A DNA stretch of 64,000 bases from the sequence record KM190144. One strand, written 5' to 3'. Position 1 is the first letter of the stretch, and each line of letters opens with the position of its first letter. The notes below the pieces were generated by a model. It saw only the letters and a program-made list of their open reading frames with translations. It was not told where the DNA came from and did no database searches. Shown here piece after piece: positions 16,331 through 25,822 of this stretch. The stretch is from Escherichia phage Av-05. A program made the translations under genes and the position numbers.

Positions 16331-17161
16331 ATGACAAGTATTTTACACACGACAGGTATTTTACCACACTATCAGAAGGAATATTCTTTCCCTGATTTAT
16401 CTGGGGATATGTTGCAAATATACGACAAAGTGCAAGGCGAAGTGTCGGATCTACAATTTAGTTCAGACCCTGATGATGAGCAAGAGTTTGATAAACAGAT
16501 TTGTCGTGTAGAAAACGAGCTTATAGAGCTACAATCATTAGCCAAATCAACAGATATTGAAGACTTAAGGCGATATGTTGAGAATCTTGAAAATTTAGTG
16601 TTCGGGCTTTCGCAAGCTATTATAAACATTGGTGAAATTGCTAAAATTGCCTCTGACAAGTTGCCAGACAACACAGAAGATCTTGAAGAGGCGTTGCAGA
16701 ATATCTGCTATGAAGGAAGTTCTGCTCTCGGTTGTGAATGTGATCTAGGAAATGCTCTTGAAGAACGTGGGTGGAGCCTAACCCAAAAAACTTTTGTTTA
16801 TCGTATTATTGGTGGTGAGTTCCCACGACTCATACAACTTAATGCCCTTTTTGGAAACAGCCAGAGTGATAATATTGCATTAGGTATTGAAGGTTGGTTC
16901 TGTTTAAGGGGTAAAGAATTAACATTTTGTTGTGGCGATGATGTGTTAATTCTCAACGCTTCTAAACCTGGTGTTGGAATAACAACAAAATTAAATGGTA
17001 AATCCACCAGTTTTCATACCTCTGATTTGTCAGCTATTTTTATGGATATATTTGATCCTTCAGAAGATGAAATTCTCATGTATGAAATGACCAGCGGAAA
17101 AAGGTATGATATTTTGTCGTGGAGAAATATTTTCGGTAAGAAGAGAAAGTCTGTAACGTGA
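16331..17161 (+). CDS. Hypothetical protein (276 aa)
   Basis: ORF track. Confidence 0.45.
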   Translation: MTSILHTTGILPHYQKEYSFPDLSGDMLQIYDKVQGEVSDLQFSSDPDDEQEFDKQICRVENELIELQSLAKSTDIEDLRRYVENLENLVFGLSQAIINIGEIAKIASDKLPDNTEDLEEALQNICYEGSSALGCECDLGNALEERGWSLTQKTFVYRIIGGEFPRLIQLNALFGNSQSDNIALGIEGWFCLRGKELTFCCGDDVLILNASKPGVGITTKLNGKSTSFHTSDLSAIFMDIFDPSEDEILMYEMTSGKRYDILSWRNIFGKKRKSVT

Positions 17162-17415
17162 TATTTTATCATTGATATTTGTTTTCCCTGTGATATTTTT
17201 GCCACAGGGAAAGTTTCAATAACAGATATTTTCTTGATACTTTAAAGCCCTACCAGAAATTCAAATTCTGTAAATTTAGAAAACTATCACTTATAAGCGT
17301 TTCGACACAATTTTGTTATGAAATCCTTGTTTTTATATAAAAACCTGTTTTGGCATGAGTGGTAGGATCACACTCCATACTACCTTTATTCCTACAGATG
17401 AGCACCCCCATGTCC

Positions 17416-17640
17416 GAAAACTCGGTTCTCGATCGAAAATCCATTTTCCAGATCGTATTTGCTCCTTACGGAGCAAATTTTTTAGGGCTACAAATTTCAG
17501 TTCTCGATCGGTTTTTCGATTTCAAAATCGTATTTGTTTTTTCTTGCGAAAAATTTCGCACGCTCGGTTCTCGATCGAGTTTTCAAAATCGAAATCGTAT
17601 TTGCTCTATAGCGCGAAAAAATTTTTATGGGTATCGTAAT
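17416..17640. repeat. Three tandem units of about 75 bp, each with CGGTTCTCGATCG and ATCGTATTTG motifs plus a hairpin
   Basis: CGGTTCTCGATCG at about 17421, 17500, 17573; ATCGTATTTG at about 17451, 17527, 17601; the 13-mer recurs at about 27756. Confidence 0.6.
17458..17483 (+). terminator. Rho-independent terminator-like hairpin inside repeat unit A
   Basis: TTGCTCC-TTAC-GGAGCAA followed by TTTTTT. Confidence 0.5.
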
Positions 17641-18012
17641 TCTATCACACACTTAAACGCAAAGCAACATAAAAATTTTTGTTGAATGATAATCATTCTC
17701 ATTTGTAGAATGACAGACAGGGGCGGTGTCTTATCCTCCCCCGTTGACAATCGTCGCCGTAGTTTGAAGTTTATAGCCGTTCTCGGCTTATCTCTTTGTT
17801 AGACAGATATTAGCATAGTTGGTAAAGAAATCAAGCGTTAATTGCAATCTTTACGTTTCTTTACAAATTTATTTTTGACGAACTACCGGCGATCGACCTT
17901 TCAACCAGCGCCCTGGTATGTTAGCCCCGCCTTTACGCCGTGGGGATGGCGTTTCCTCTTCTGTATGTTAGGCATTATAAGCCCAATCCCTGGGCTTGTC
18001 AAACATTTTCAT

Positions 18013-18276
18013 CTATTTATTTTCTTGCCAGGTTAGGACACCTAACCAGAAATGGCAATCACCTTTCGCCCATTGTGGTATATTGCTTTCTTTCCCACCT
18101 TCTCGCGCCCAGGAATAACCGCCCGTGTAACTTTGCAATTGATAACTATCCTCGACCTTATAATCTGACAGGCTGAGAACTGTTTCTACCTTTAAGCCCG
18201 TTGCGCTCGCTACCTGGTGGATAGTTCCCCCTTGCCAGCCTAACGCGTGCATAAGGTGCAATGTGGTAGTGGTCAT
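18013..18276 (-). CDS. Hypothetical protein (87 aa)
   Basis: ORF track; GAGGA RBS 8 nt upstream of ATG. Confidence 0.4.
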   Translation of the reverse strand: MTTTTLHLMHALGWQGGTIHQVASATGLKVETVLSLSDYKVEDSYQLQSYTGGYSWAREGGKESNIPQWAKGDCHFWLGVLTWQENK

Positions 18277-18376
18277 TTTTTCTATTCCTCTGTTAGTTGG
18301 TTAGTTGTTAAAATTATATCTATAACCAGCCAGGTTAGCAAGGAAAATAAAAGAGAAAAATTTTCAAAAAATAGTA

Positions 18377-18406
18377 TTGACAGCGGGGGTAGTATAGATC
18401 TACTAT
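18377..18406 (+). promoter_or_regulatory. Sigma70-like promoter (TTGACA-18-TACTAT)
   Basis: Motif reading upstream of 18464 gene. Confidence 0.45.
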
Positions 18407-18463
18407 GTGCACATCAAGGCGATACACCGCCACCAACCAACTAACTTAAAGGGGTGAATTAAT

Positions 18464-19087
18464 ATGAAAACCATCGTTAACGCTGAGAATGTATCTTTCG
18501 ATAAGTTGAACGACGCACAAAAAGAAAAAGCCATTGACCTTATTCGTGAGCGTGAAAGAGAAAGTAATAATGATTTCTTTGCTGATAGTGTCATTGAAGA
18601 CTATAAGAATGACATTTTGCCAGAGTACGGGATCGATGACGCGGTCATCTATTGGTCAGGATTCTGGTCGCAAGGTGACGGCGCATCAATCAGCACTGAC
18701 CGCGTGGATATTGAAAAATTTTTAAGAAAAGTTAAATCTTTAACAAAATTCAGAGGTATCCGCAAACTATTTGATCTCGGTGGATATAGTCCGCTATATG
18801 CAAGCATTGAGCGGGATAATTACAGCCGCTACCACCATGAAAATACTGTTTCCGGTTACGTTGAAACTATGTATTGCGGAGATTTAACGGCAAAGCAGGA
18901 AGATTTGGCCGATCAGCTTGAAAACTTGTTGACTGAAACGATCCGCGATCTATCTTGTAAACTCTACAGAGATCTAGAATCTGCTTATGATAGCCAGTTT
19001 ACAGATGAAGCCATCACAGAATCAATCGAGGCTAATGAGTATCGCTTTGATATTGATGAGGATGGAAAAGTTTACGCTATCGCTTAA
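18464..19087 (+). CDS. Hypothetical early protein (207 aa; conserved-looking YWSGFWSQGDGA segment)
   Basis: ORF track; RBS AAAGGGGTGA. Confidence 0.55.
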   Translation: MKTIVNAENVSFDKLNDAQKEKAIDLIRERERESNNDFFADSVIEDYKNDILPEYGIDDAVIYWSGFWSQGDGASISTDRVDIEKFLRKVKSLTKFRGIRKLFDLGGYSPLYASIERDNYSRYHHENTVSGYVETMYCGDLTAKQEDLADQLENLLTETIRDLSCKLYRDLESAYDSQFTDEAITESIEANEYRFDIDEDGKVYAIA

Positions 19088-19174
19088 AAGTACTTGCATT
19101 CAGTTTTAAAATAGTATTATACTACTACAACAGGACGGGGGATCGCTCCCCGTCACATTCAGGAGATCACCAAA

Positions 19175-19387
19175 ATGGCTAATATCCGTTCCTTGTTAAA
19201 AAATGCAACTCAAGTATTATTTTCTGACCACGACCATTTCAATAAAGACATTACAGGCGTAAAGAATATCAAAGAGGTAAAAAGTGTCATGGGTATTTAT
19301 TGCAACATGAAAAAGGTAGGCACTTTCGGTAATAAAGTATTATATCAGGCAGGTGACTACAATTTTACTTTGACAATTATTTCATAA
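19175..19387 (+). CDS. Hypothetical early protein (70 aa)
   Basis: ORF track; AGGAGA RBS; preceded by promoter-like TTGCAT..TATTAT and leader hairpin. Confidence 0.5.
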   Translation: MANIRSLLKNATQVLFSDHDHFNKDITGVKNIKEVKSVMGIYCNMKKVGTFGNKVLYQAGDYNFTLTIIS

Positions 19388-19452
19388 AACCACTTGCAAA
19401 GTTATATAGCTCTGTTATACTACCAACATTGATAAACGAGAGGTAAATAAAA

Positions 19453-19809
19453 ATGGCAATCCAGGCAATCCTGTTAGAACTTACAGACTTCCGTAATACT
19501 GTAAAAAATTTAACCAAAAAACAGGTTGATAATATTATCAAGGGATACCGCGACAAGATTAAAGATCTTCCGCTTAAACGCGATCAACATGCAGCTAATA
19601 TAATGCTTGATGCTATGATTAAAAAGATGATTCAATGTGATCTCACTCTGGCTTATGAATACGCTGGCGACCTCTTTGTAACGTATAATAAGCCCGTACC
19701 AGGTATGAGCACCACGGAAGAATTGCACGCCCTAAACCTGCGGCAAGATGCTTGGGATAATATGCGCCGCGTTATGGTGTGGGTAGAAAGCGGTAAAATT
19801 TATCAATAA
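19453..19809 (+). CDS. Hypothetical early protein (118 aa)
   Basis: ORF track; RBS GAGAGGTAAAT. Confidence 0.5.
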   Translation: MAIQAILLELTDFRNTVKNLTKKQVDNIIKGYRDKIKDLPLKRDQHAANIMLDAMIKKMIQCDLTLAYEYAGDLFVTYNKPVPGMSTTEELHALNLRQDAWDNMRRVMVWVESGKIYQ

Positions 19810-19815
19810 AAATAG

Positions 19816-19843
19816 TTGTCTTTTAGTTATGCCGTGATAGAAT
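19816..19843 (+). promoter_or_regulatory. Promoter (TTGTCT-16-TAGAAT) with inverted repeat CCGTG..CACGG over the -10; copy 1 of a duplicated about 50-bp element
   Basis: Near-identical element at 24039-24084. Confidence 0.5.
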
Positions 19844-19884
19844 GCACGGCATAGATAAAAGAAACTACTTATCAGAGTTTAAAA

Positions 19885-20103
19885 ATGAAAAATATCACGG
19901 GTAAAACCGAACTATTAAAGGCGCTTTCTGTTGGTGAGTCAGCTTTATGGGTATGTGAAAAAGATCGCCTTCCATCGCGGGAGATGGCCTTATTTAAGGC
20001 TTTATCTCTGAAACTGAAAATTAAATTATCCCAAAAATTAGCGGTTGTTGCCGCACCTGGAGAAACCGCTTTCAGTGTCGTAATGGTTAAAAGGGTAGAA
20101 TAG
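19885..20103 (+). CDS. Hypothetical early protein (72 aa)
   Basis: ORF track; weak RBS. Confidence 0.4.
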   Translation: MKNITGKTELLKALSVGESALWVCEKDRLPSREMALFKALSLKLKIKLSQKLAVVAAPGETAFSVVMVKRVE

Positions 20104-20123
20104 AAAAAAAATTAAAAATTATC

Positions 20124-20152
20124 TTGACAAGCAAAACAGCAAAAATTAAACT
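20124..20152 (+). promoter_or_regulatory. Sigma70-like promoter (TTGACA-17-TAAACT)
   Basis: Motif reading. Confidence 0.5.
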
Positions 20153-20190
20153 TACACACAATTAAGCAAACAATATTAACGAGGTAAATC

Positions 20191-20562
20191 ATGAAACAGT
20201 TAACCACTCACCAAAAAACAATGATCCGCAAATATGTTTTAAATTCTCTTTCTTTTGATATTGAATCTGATCTCAAACAAGATCAGATCAAAGAATTAAA
20301 AAACCGCTTTGAATCTGAATACTGGTATGATAGCAACAAGAAACGCTATCAAAATGATAAAGTACAAGGCCTTAAAAATTGGTTGCAAGGCTTGCCGAGT
20401 GGTGTTAATATCGATTTCACTTATTACGATATTGGGCAACGCCTTAAAGATCTTGGAATCATTACCGAGACGACCAGAGAAAGCACTATTGAAAAATATA
20501 TCTCTGAGTGGTGGGATCTGGTAGCGCCGTTTTATGCTGGGCTAATCGTCAACTTAAAATAA
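20191..20562 (+). CDS. Hypothetical early protein (123 aa)
   Basis: ORF track; RBS ACGAGGTAAAT. Confidence 0.5.
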   Translation: MKQLTTHQKTMIRKYVLNSLSFDIESDLKQDQIKELKNRFESEYWYDSNKKRYQNDKVQGLKNWLQGLPSGVNIDFTYYDIGQRLKDLGIITETTRESTIEKYISEWWDLVAPFYAGLIVNLK

Positions 20563-20639
20563 TTATTGTAAACTATCTAAAACTGGTTTAAATTAAAGGG
20601 GTGAATTTAATCACCCCCAACATGAAAGAGGTTAATCAA

Positions 20640-20951
20640 ATGAATACTTATTTTTCTACTCGTTCACTTGCACGCATTGCAGCGAAAGAAACAGGCGGTA
20701 AAGTTTTGGATAATGGTAAAGATGCACCGATCGGCAAACGTTGGCAGGTTATCCCTAGTAATGTTGGTGAAGCCGTCCAAGATACAGCAAAACAACGTGC
20801 CGAGATGGAAAGTAAACCAGTTGTTACCTTGTCCATTGGTAAGCGTAGCAATGTAGCGAATCAAGCCCGTAAGGCGCTTTATTACGCCATCAATTACGCA
20901 AAAAATAATAAAACTGTTCCGGTTTATCATAAGCGTTCATTTAAGAAATAA
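20640..20951 (+). CDS. Hypothetical early protein (about 103 aa)
   Basis: Track ORF trimmed to ATG after AAAGAGGTTAAT. Confidence 0.5.
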   Translation: MNTYFSTRSLARIAAKETGGKVLDNGKDAPIGKRWQVIPSNVGEAVQDTAKQRAEMESKPVVTLSIGKRSNVANQARKALYYAINYAKNNKTVPVYHKRSFKK

Positions 20952-21020
20952 TTTTTAATTAGATAAAAAGCGCCCTAAGAAATGGGCGCTAAACAAAAAC
21001 ACTTAAAGAGGTAAATTATT

Positions 21021-21371
21021 ATGGCTAATATTGTAGAAATTTTCAAAAAAGCCGTAGAAAATAAAAACGCTGAATTGTCTTTAGTATCTCTGGATTTTAC
21101 TGATGTTTACGGTAACACTTATTTTGTTTATGAGCTTGGTTTTACTTGTCCTGAGTTAAAAACATGGGAAACGTTGCATAAATCTCGCGATCTGCAATAT
21201 GGATACGGGGATCATGTTCTTTATGTTGCAATGAGAGACCTTGCAACCATTACCGGGATGGGGTCGGACGCTGTATATATTACCCGTTGGGCACACGATA
21301 ATGATTTAAAAATCAGTGTCAACAAGCGCACCAATTGCCGCAAAAAAGATCTAAAACAGTTCATCGCCTAA
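21021..21371 (+). CDS. Hypothetical early protein (116 aa)
   Basis: ORF track; RBS AAAGAGGTAAAT. Confidence 0.5.
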   Translation: MANIVEIFKKAVENKNAELSLVSLDFTDVYGNTYFVYELGFTCPELKTWETLHKSRDLQYGYGDHVLYVAMRDLATITGMGSDAVYITRWAHDNDLKISVNKRTNCRKKDLKQFIA

Positions 21372-21387
21372 CCATCCTGGTAGCTGT

Positions 21388-21738
21388 ATGATTCAGTTTT
21401 ATATAATCATCGCGGCGCTTGCAATTTATTCAGGATTGCATAAAAGAATATTTAGGTTGATTCTCTGGTTTTATTACGAATATAGGATCAGAATGGTTTA
21501 TCACTATATCGAGTACTCTTTTCACGGTGAGAGATACCACACAAGGAGATCCGGCCCATTAAATGACCTTGAGGGAAACGGCTTAATCTGTGAGGTCAAA
21601 AAGCGGGGCGGGAAAATTCTTTACCACAAAGAGGGCACTTTTGATTATATTGATGAGGTGATTAATTTTAGGCAACAAGCCGTAAAAGATCACGCCAGCA
21701 AAATAATCAACGGCAGCTATAAACGCAAAGCGGGGTAA
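21388..21738 (+). CDS. Hypothetical membrane-anchored protein (116 aa)
   Basis: ORF track; hydrophobic N-terminus; weak RBS. Confidence 0.4.
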   Translation: MIQFYIIIAALAIYSGLHKRIFRLILWFYYEYRIRMVYHYIEYSFHGERYHTRRSGPLNDLEGNGLICEVKKRGGKILYHKEGTFDYIDEVINFRQQAVKDHASKIINGSYKRKAG

Positions 21739-21930
21739 TATGCGGAATTTTGAAAAAATTGTTAAAGCTAATCGCCTGGAATACGGGGAAACAGACGGAA
21801 AAACGGGAACGGGTAGGCAAACGCCATAAACCTAAAAAGGTTCCGAAATTGTGGTGTCCTGATAAATACGATCACAAATTAAAACAGCGTATCGCTGAGA
21901 AACAGCGATTAAACGCAAGATAACAGACAA

Positions 21931-21953
21931 GGCCGGAACTATCCGGCCTTTTT
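21931..21953 (+). terminator. Rho-independent terminator
   Basis: GGCCGGA-ACTA-TCCGGCC followed by TTTTT. Confidence 0.6.
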
Positions 21954-22079
21954 AATGCTTGGTGGCGTTCAGAACGATTAAAACTCTTAAAGATGGCCCA
22001 ATGTACCACAAAATAAAATAGCTCGTTAGAGAGTGTTTTAGAGGCCTTAAAATCGATCCGAAAATATCTATAAAAATGC

Positions 22080-22108
22080 TTGCAATGCTTTCCCGCTATC
22101 GTTATAGT
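22080..22108 (+). promoter_or_regulatory. Sigma70-like promoter (TTGCAA-17-TATAGT)
   Basis: Motif reading. Confidence 0.5.
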
Positions 22109-22141
22109 GTTCCCAACAAGCAAGCAAACGAGGTAACGGCA

Positions 22142-22279
22142 ATGATTGAGATTCTTAAAAATCCTATTTTGTGTGGTATGGTTGTTTCTGTGTCACTTCC
22201 GATCGTGCTGTTATTCGTTAGCGAAATAGATGATTTTATCTTTAATAAAAGACTTGCCAACAAGTCAAAAACAAATTAA
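22142..22279 (+). CDS. Small membrane protein (about 45 aa)
   Basis: Track ORF trimmed to ATG after CGAGGTAACGGCA; hydrophobic core. Confidence 0.4.
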   Translation: MIEILKNPILCGMVVSVSLPIVLLFVSEIDDFIFNKRLANKSKTN

Positions 22280-22316
22280 TATAGTATCAGCATACTAACT
22301 AGCGAGGTGATTTAAT

Positions 22317-22574
22317 ATGTTTGGTTTTATTGTTCTATCTTGTTCTCTTTCTGTCACTGCTGCAAAGGTAGAATGTAACTACACTGTAAAAGAGACTTTT
22401 AATGATGAAAAGTCTTGCAATGTATACGAAAATAATTATAAACTAGGAGACGGGGAGCAGTTCGGGATCTGTGATGAATTAAAGGACGGTATGAAGAAAG
22501 GCGATAAGCGCCCGATCCTGGTCCTGAAAAATAATTTTTCTAATCATGTTGATCAATTTTTAAGAGGTGAATAA
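22317..22574 (+). CDS. Small secreted protein (85 aa, signal peptide)
   Basis: ORF track; N-terminal signal-like segment; RBS GCGAGGTGAT. Confidence 0.5.
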   Translation: MFGFIVLSCSLSVTAAKVECNYTVKETFNDEKSCNVYENNYKLGDGEQFGICDELKDGMKKGDKRPILVLKNNFSNHVDQFLRGE

Positions 22575-22575
22575 A

Positions 22576-22863
22576 ATGTTTGAAGTTTTCGCGGGTATGT
22601 GTTTTTATACAGCTTTGGCAATTCGTCAGTGTGATGATTATATCGTTGAATCATACGATGATCAGCTGACTTGCGAAATAGTCGCTAATGACTACGGCAA
22701 AAAAGATCGCTGGATTAATCCGGCTTGTATACCATCCCCAGAGGCAGAAGCCATGCCAGAAGGGGAAGAGGTGACGGATCCGGTTGTAGCGGTATCCTCC
22801 TTTTTCGTTGACAACCTGGACGCCCAAGAATTGATCAACATGTATGTAAAAAATCAAAAATAA
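22576..22863 (+). CDS. Small secreted/membrane protein (about 95 aa)
   Basis: Track ORF trimmed to ATG after AAGAGGTGAATAAA. Confidence 0.45.
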   Translation: MFEVFAGMCFYTALAIRQCDDYIVESYDDQLTCEIVANDYGKKDRWINPACIPSPEAEAMPEGEEVTDPVVAVSSFFVDNLDAQELINMYVKNQK

Positions 22864-22866
22864 CGC

Positions 22867-22894
22867 TTGACGTTGATTTGTGCCGCTTTATAAT
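22867..22894 (+). promoter_or_regulatory. Sigma70-like promoter (TTGACG-16-TATAAT) with flanking inverted repeat GCCGC..GCGGC
   Basis: Motif reading. Confidence 0.55.
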
Positions 22895-22953
22895 AGGCGG
22901 CATAGGTAAGCGAAAGCGGATCTAAATCTTAAACAAGTTGAGAGAGGTAAATC

Positions 22954-23274
22954 ATGGAACAAGCGAATAAATTTTTCTTCCTGGCTGGGATCGTGGATAA
23001 TGTGAAATGTGATTTCAAGCGTGAAAATGATAAGACGTTACTCACTTTCTGCGATATGCTTGATCATGAGAATGCCGACACGTTACGAATCGAGATCCGC
23101 ACGATAACCAATATCGACAACGTAAGCCGTTTAATTTATAAATCTCACTCTATAGCTTACAGCCTGGAAACATCAACAAGCTGCATACAACAAGGTGAGA
23201 GCTTGCCCATTCTAAATAGTGCCGATGTATTTGGCGCGGTTGTTGCAATTGTAAATGATGTTTTTTCTCGTTGA
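22954..23274 (+). CDS. Hypothetical early protein (106 aa)
   Basis: ORF track; RBS GAGAGAGGTAAAT. Confidence 0.5.
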   Translation: MEQANKFFFLAGIVDNVKCDFKRENDKTLLTFCDMLDHENADTLRIEIRTITNIDNVSRLIYKSHSIAYSLETSTSCIQQGESLPILNSADVFGAVVAIVNDVFSR

Positions 23275-23288
23275 TGGGTGTTAATATT

Positions 23289-23393
23289 ATGTTAGAGAAT
23301 ATCGTCTTTTGGTGTGGTGTCGTTCTTGCTGTTATGGTTGGCATCCTGGCGACGATGGCGAATATTGTGATCTCAAGCAACCTGACAGGATAA
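23289..23393 (+). CDS. Candidate small membrane peptide (34 aa, MLENIVFWCGVVLAVMVGILATMANIVISSNLTG)
   Basis: Not in ORF track (below length cutoff); ATG with GGGTG upstream; single predicted TM helix. Confidence 0.3.
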   Translation: MLENIVFWCGVVLAVMVGILATMANIVISSNLTG

Positions 23394-23412
23394 AAATTTT
23401 TAAAAAAGAGTA

Positions 23413-23440
23413 TTGACATACTACCGGCATATGGTATTAT
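23413..23440 (+). promoter_or_regulatory. Sigma70-like promoter with extended -10 (TTGACA-16-TGgTATTAT)
   Basis: Motif reading. Confidence 0.6.
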
Positions 23441-23491
23441 TTACCACATGAAGGGGAGAGATTGACTCTCCCCACTAACGAAAGGTAAATA

Positions 23492-23761
23492 ATGATGAAC
23501 ATTTCTAAAACTACTTTTAACTTTGCTAAAAAGCGTGGAATTGAGCTTGAGCTAATCGAAGCGGATGATCGCCTAGTCCTGGCTTTTTATGAGGCTAAAA
23601 ATGAATGTGAATGGATGTTCTCTTATAATGTTAATCATGATTGCCTAACATGGCGCGGTAATATCTATCTTTCAAACGAGGTAAAAGAGGAGTTACCCGC
23701 CACGATCACGACTGAGAAAAAACTACGCGAGGTTATTGACTTCATCTCTAAAAATATCTAA
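23492..23761 (+). CDS. Hypothetical early protein (89 aa)
   Basis: ORF track; preceded by GGGGAGAG..CTCTCCCC leader hairpin and RBS GAAAGGTAAAT. Confidence 0.5.
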   Translation: MMNISKTTFNFAKKRGIELELIEADDRLVLAFYEAKNECEWMFSYNVNHDCLTWRGNIYLSNEVKEELPATITTEKKLREVIDFISKNI

Positions 23762-23807
23762 GATTACAGGGAAAGGGGCGAAAGCCCCTGCCACAGAAGG
23801 TAATAAA

Positions 23808-24032
23808 ATGGATAAATTAACAAAGATTGAACATGAAGTTATGGATCTTGCACGGGCTAATAAGCCATTTGACAAGATTTACTCTAAGGAGAATAAAGAG
23901 ATCCTGAAAGATCTCACGCAAGGTCAAAAAGACGGCTTACGCCGCTTATATCGTGAGGCTTATGACTATTTTCGTTGGTGGGAAATAGAAGAGGCTAACG
24001 CGAAAATAGAAGGCCTGGAAAATTTAGTATAA
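23808..24032 (+). CDS. Hypothetical early protein (about 75 aa)
   Basis: Track ORF trimmed to ATG after GAAGGTAATAAA. Confidence 0.45.
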   Translation: MDKLTKIEHEVMDLARANKPFDKIYSKENKEILKDLTQGQKDGLRRLYREAYDYFRWWEIEEANAKIEGLENLV

Positions 24033-24038
24033 AAGTAG

Positions 24039-24066
24039 TTGACTTTTACTTATACCGTGATAGAAT
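24039..24066 (+). promoter_or_regulatory. Promoter (TTGACT-16-TAGAAT) with CCGTG..CTCGG inverted repeat; copy 2 of duplicated element
   Basis: Near-identical to 19816-19860. Confidence 0.5.
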
Positions 24067-24127
24067 GCTCGGTATAGATAAGAGAGACGGCACAAGCCAT
24101 TGATTAAACTTAAAGAGGTAAATTATT

Positions 24128-24529
24128 ATGAATACTTACAAAACTGTTTTTAATTTCGACAACTTCAAAGCTATCTGCGACGATCAGATCGGTAAGTGCC
24201 GTAAAGAAAAAGGATTTTATAAATCTTATAAATTGATTGCTTTGGTTGATGACGAGATCACCGAAGTGGCAACGCTCAACCTGTACCACACTAACGCTAC
24301 TAACTACGCTTGCTTGTGGATGCACTGGGCTAATATCAAAGGTTGGGATCATGGATACGCTGGCGGGAAAGCAAGCGGATACGGTTACAACAGGGAGGAG
24401 GCCGCGATCCATGTCGCAGCTAATAAACTCGGTATAACTGGCAAATGGTTTAACGGTGAACAATTCCTAGATGCAATGGCACGTCATTTTGATATGAAAG
24501 GCGCGAAGGTTATCTGCTGCAACGCGTGA
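24128..24529 (+). CDS. Hypothetical early protein (133 aa)
   Basis: ORF track; RBS AAAGAGGTAAAT. Confidence 0.5.
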   Translation: MNTYKTVFNFDNFKAICDDQIGKCRKEKGFYKSYKLIALVDDEITEVATLNLYHTNATNYACLWMHWANIKGWDHGYAGGKASGYGYNREEAAIHVAANKLGITGKWFNGEQFLDAMARHFDMKGAKVICCNA

Positions 24530-24576
24530 TCATTCAATAGCGGGGAGTATTCCCCGCTTATAGATAGGGCATAATC

Positions 24577-25035
24577 ATGATTTACGATCTTAAATATTAC
24601 GACGAATTGAGCAATGCAGCACAATTAACGGCCCGTGTAAATATTATAGCAGATCTGGAGAATCACCACAGAAAGCGCATAGCTCAGACTCTCGCCAGTT
24701 TTAAAAATAATCCCCATAAAGTGATTAATGACACGAAGCACATTCAACGCCTCAGAAACGGCGCAAAGGCGCTTTATAGTGTACGTCATTACGGGGATGA
24801 TTACCTTATACGGTTTATTCGTGATAATCGTTTGATCTTTACCCCTGGGGGTAGCTATATAACCTATAGCAACGGCTTTATGATGATTATTAAGGGTAAG
24901 GAATACATCCCCACGGCCTCACAACAAAAAGCATTGAGAGAGCTTTACATATCCGTTAATGACCGTGGGCCGTCATACCATGATTGGTTATATAGAATGC
25001 ACAACAAAATAAAAATTTTTATGATCCCCGCTTGA
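24577..25035 (+). CDS. Hypothetical early protein (152 aa)
   Basis: ORF track; leader hairpin GCGGGGAG..TCCCCGC upstream. Confidence 0.5.
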   Translation: MIYDLKYYDELSNAAQLTARVNIIADLENHHRKRIAQTLASFKNNPHKVINDTKHIQRLRNGAKALYSVRHYGDDYLIRFIRDNRLIFTPGGSYITYSNGFMMIIKGKEYIPTASQQKALRELYISVNDRGPSYHDWLYRMHNKIKIFMIPA

Positions 25036-25113
25036 CACTCACACAAAAACGCCTTATTATCTATCTCATAAGACGGGGAGCGGTTCCCCGTCACACTTAA
25101 GAGGTAAATAATC

Positions 25114-25503
25114 ATGCGTAACCTGGTTCATGTTTCCAACGTTGAAAAATTCCAATCTTTACAGGCTATCGTAAACGATACAGCACCTTTCATCGTTAAA
25201 GGTTTGATCGCAAGAATGCAACAGAAAAAACCTCAAATCTGGGCTAATTATTGCCTTGATAATGATGATCAGGCCGCCGCTTTCATGGTTGGCGAACTGC
25301 TGGGAAGTGTAGGGAACATGCTGCCGGAAAACATCGCAGAAGAGATCGCCTATCGTTATAATACGGCGATCATTTACCAGGAGGTTGTACAATTTAACCT
25401 GATGGATGACGACGAACAACAGGATCAGGAAACATTCTGGGAGTATGCCGACCGCCAAGCCGCTTTTGATGAGCGGTTAGAGATGTACTATAACGAATGG
25501 TAA
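25114..25503 (+). CDS. Hypothetical acidic early protein (129 aa)
   Basis: ORF track; leader hairpin GACGGGGAG..TCCCCGTC and RBS AAGAGGTAAAT. Confidence 0.5.
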   Translation: MRNLVHVSNVEKFQSLQAIVNDTAPFIVKGLIARMQQKKPQIWANYCLDNDDQAAAFMVGELLGSVGNMLPENIAEEIAYRYNTAIIYQEVVQFNLMDDDEQQDQETFWEYADRQAAFDERLEMYYNEW

Positions 25504-25509
25504 GAGACA

Positions 25510-25537
25510 GGCCGCCACCATGCGGCCTTTAATTTTT
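25510..25537 (+). terminator. Rho-independent terminator
   Basis: GGCCGC-CACCAT-GCGGCC followed by TTTAATTTTTT. Confidence 0.6.
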
Positions 25538-25541
25538 TCTA

Positions 25542-25569
25542 TTGACAATATCATACTAACCTTTAAAAT
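25542..25569 (+). promoter_or_regulatory. Sigma70-like promoter (TTGACA-16-TAAAAT)
   Basis: Motif reading. Confidence 0.5.
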
Positions 25570-25600
25570 GTTCTTTGTTAAGTATCTTTAAAGGTGTAAC

Positions 25601-25780
25601 ATGTTTCAATCAATCATTGATGTTCTATCAGTCGCTAACAACGTGATGAACGTTATTACAATGATTAAACTTGTTGCGTGGCTTGTTTCTGGGGATTATC
25701 GCTATATCAAATGGCGCAAGCCAACAACAAAAGATGTAGTGAAGATCTTATTTGAAGCAATGACAGAATATTATCTATAA
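25601..25780 (+). CDS. Candidate small membrane protein (about 59 aa, MFQSIIDVLSVANNVMNVITMIKLVAWLVSG...)
   Basis: Not in ORF track; ATG after AAAGGTGTAAC; lies between a promoter and the next promoter. Confidence 0.35.
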   Translation: MFQSIIDVLSVANNVMNVITMIKLVAWLVSGDYRYIKWRKPTTKDVVKILFEAMTEYYL

Positions 25781-25793
25781 CGATTATTTTTTG

Positions 25794-25822
25794 TTGACAT
25801 CTTGGGATTGCTCTTTTACTAT
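25794..25822 (+). promoter_or_regulatory. Sigma70-like promoter (TTGACA-17-TACTAT)
   Basis: Motif reading. Confidence 0.5.

Noticed and set aside
17416-17640. Possible CRISPR array suggested by tandem repeats
   Set aside because: Repeat units are about 75 bp with internal sub-motifs and irregular spacing, and there are only three; no short direct repeat/unique spacer alternation and no cas genes in the window.
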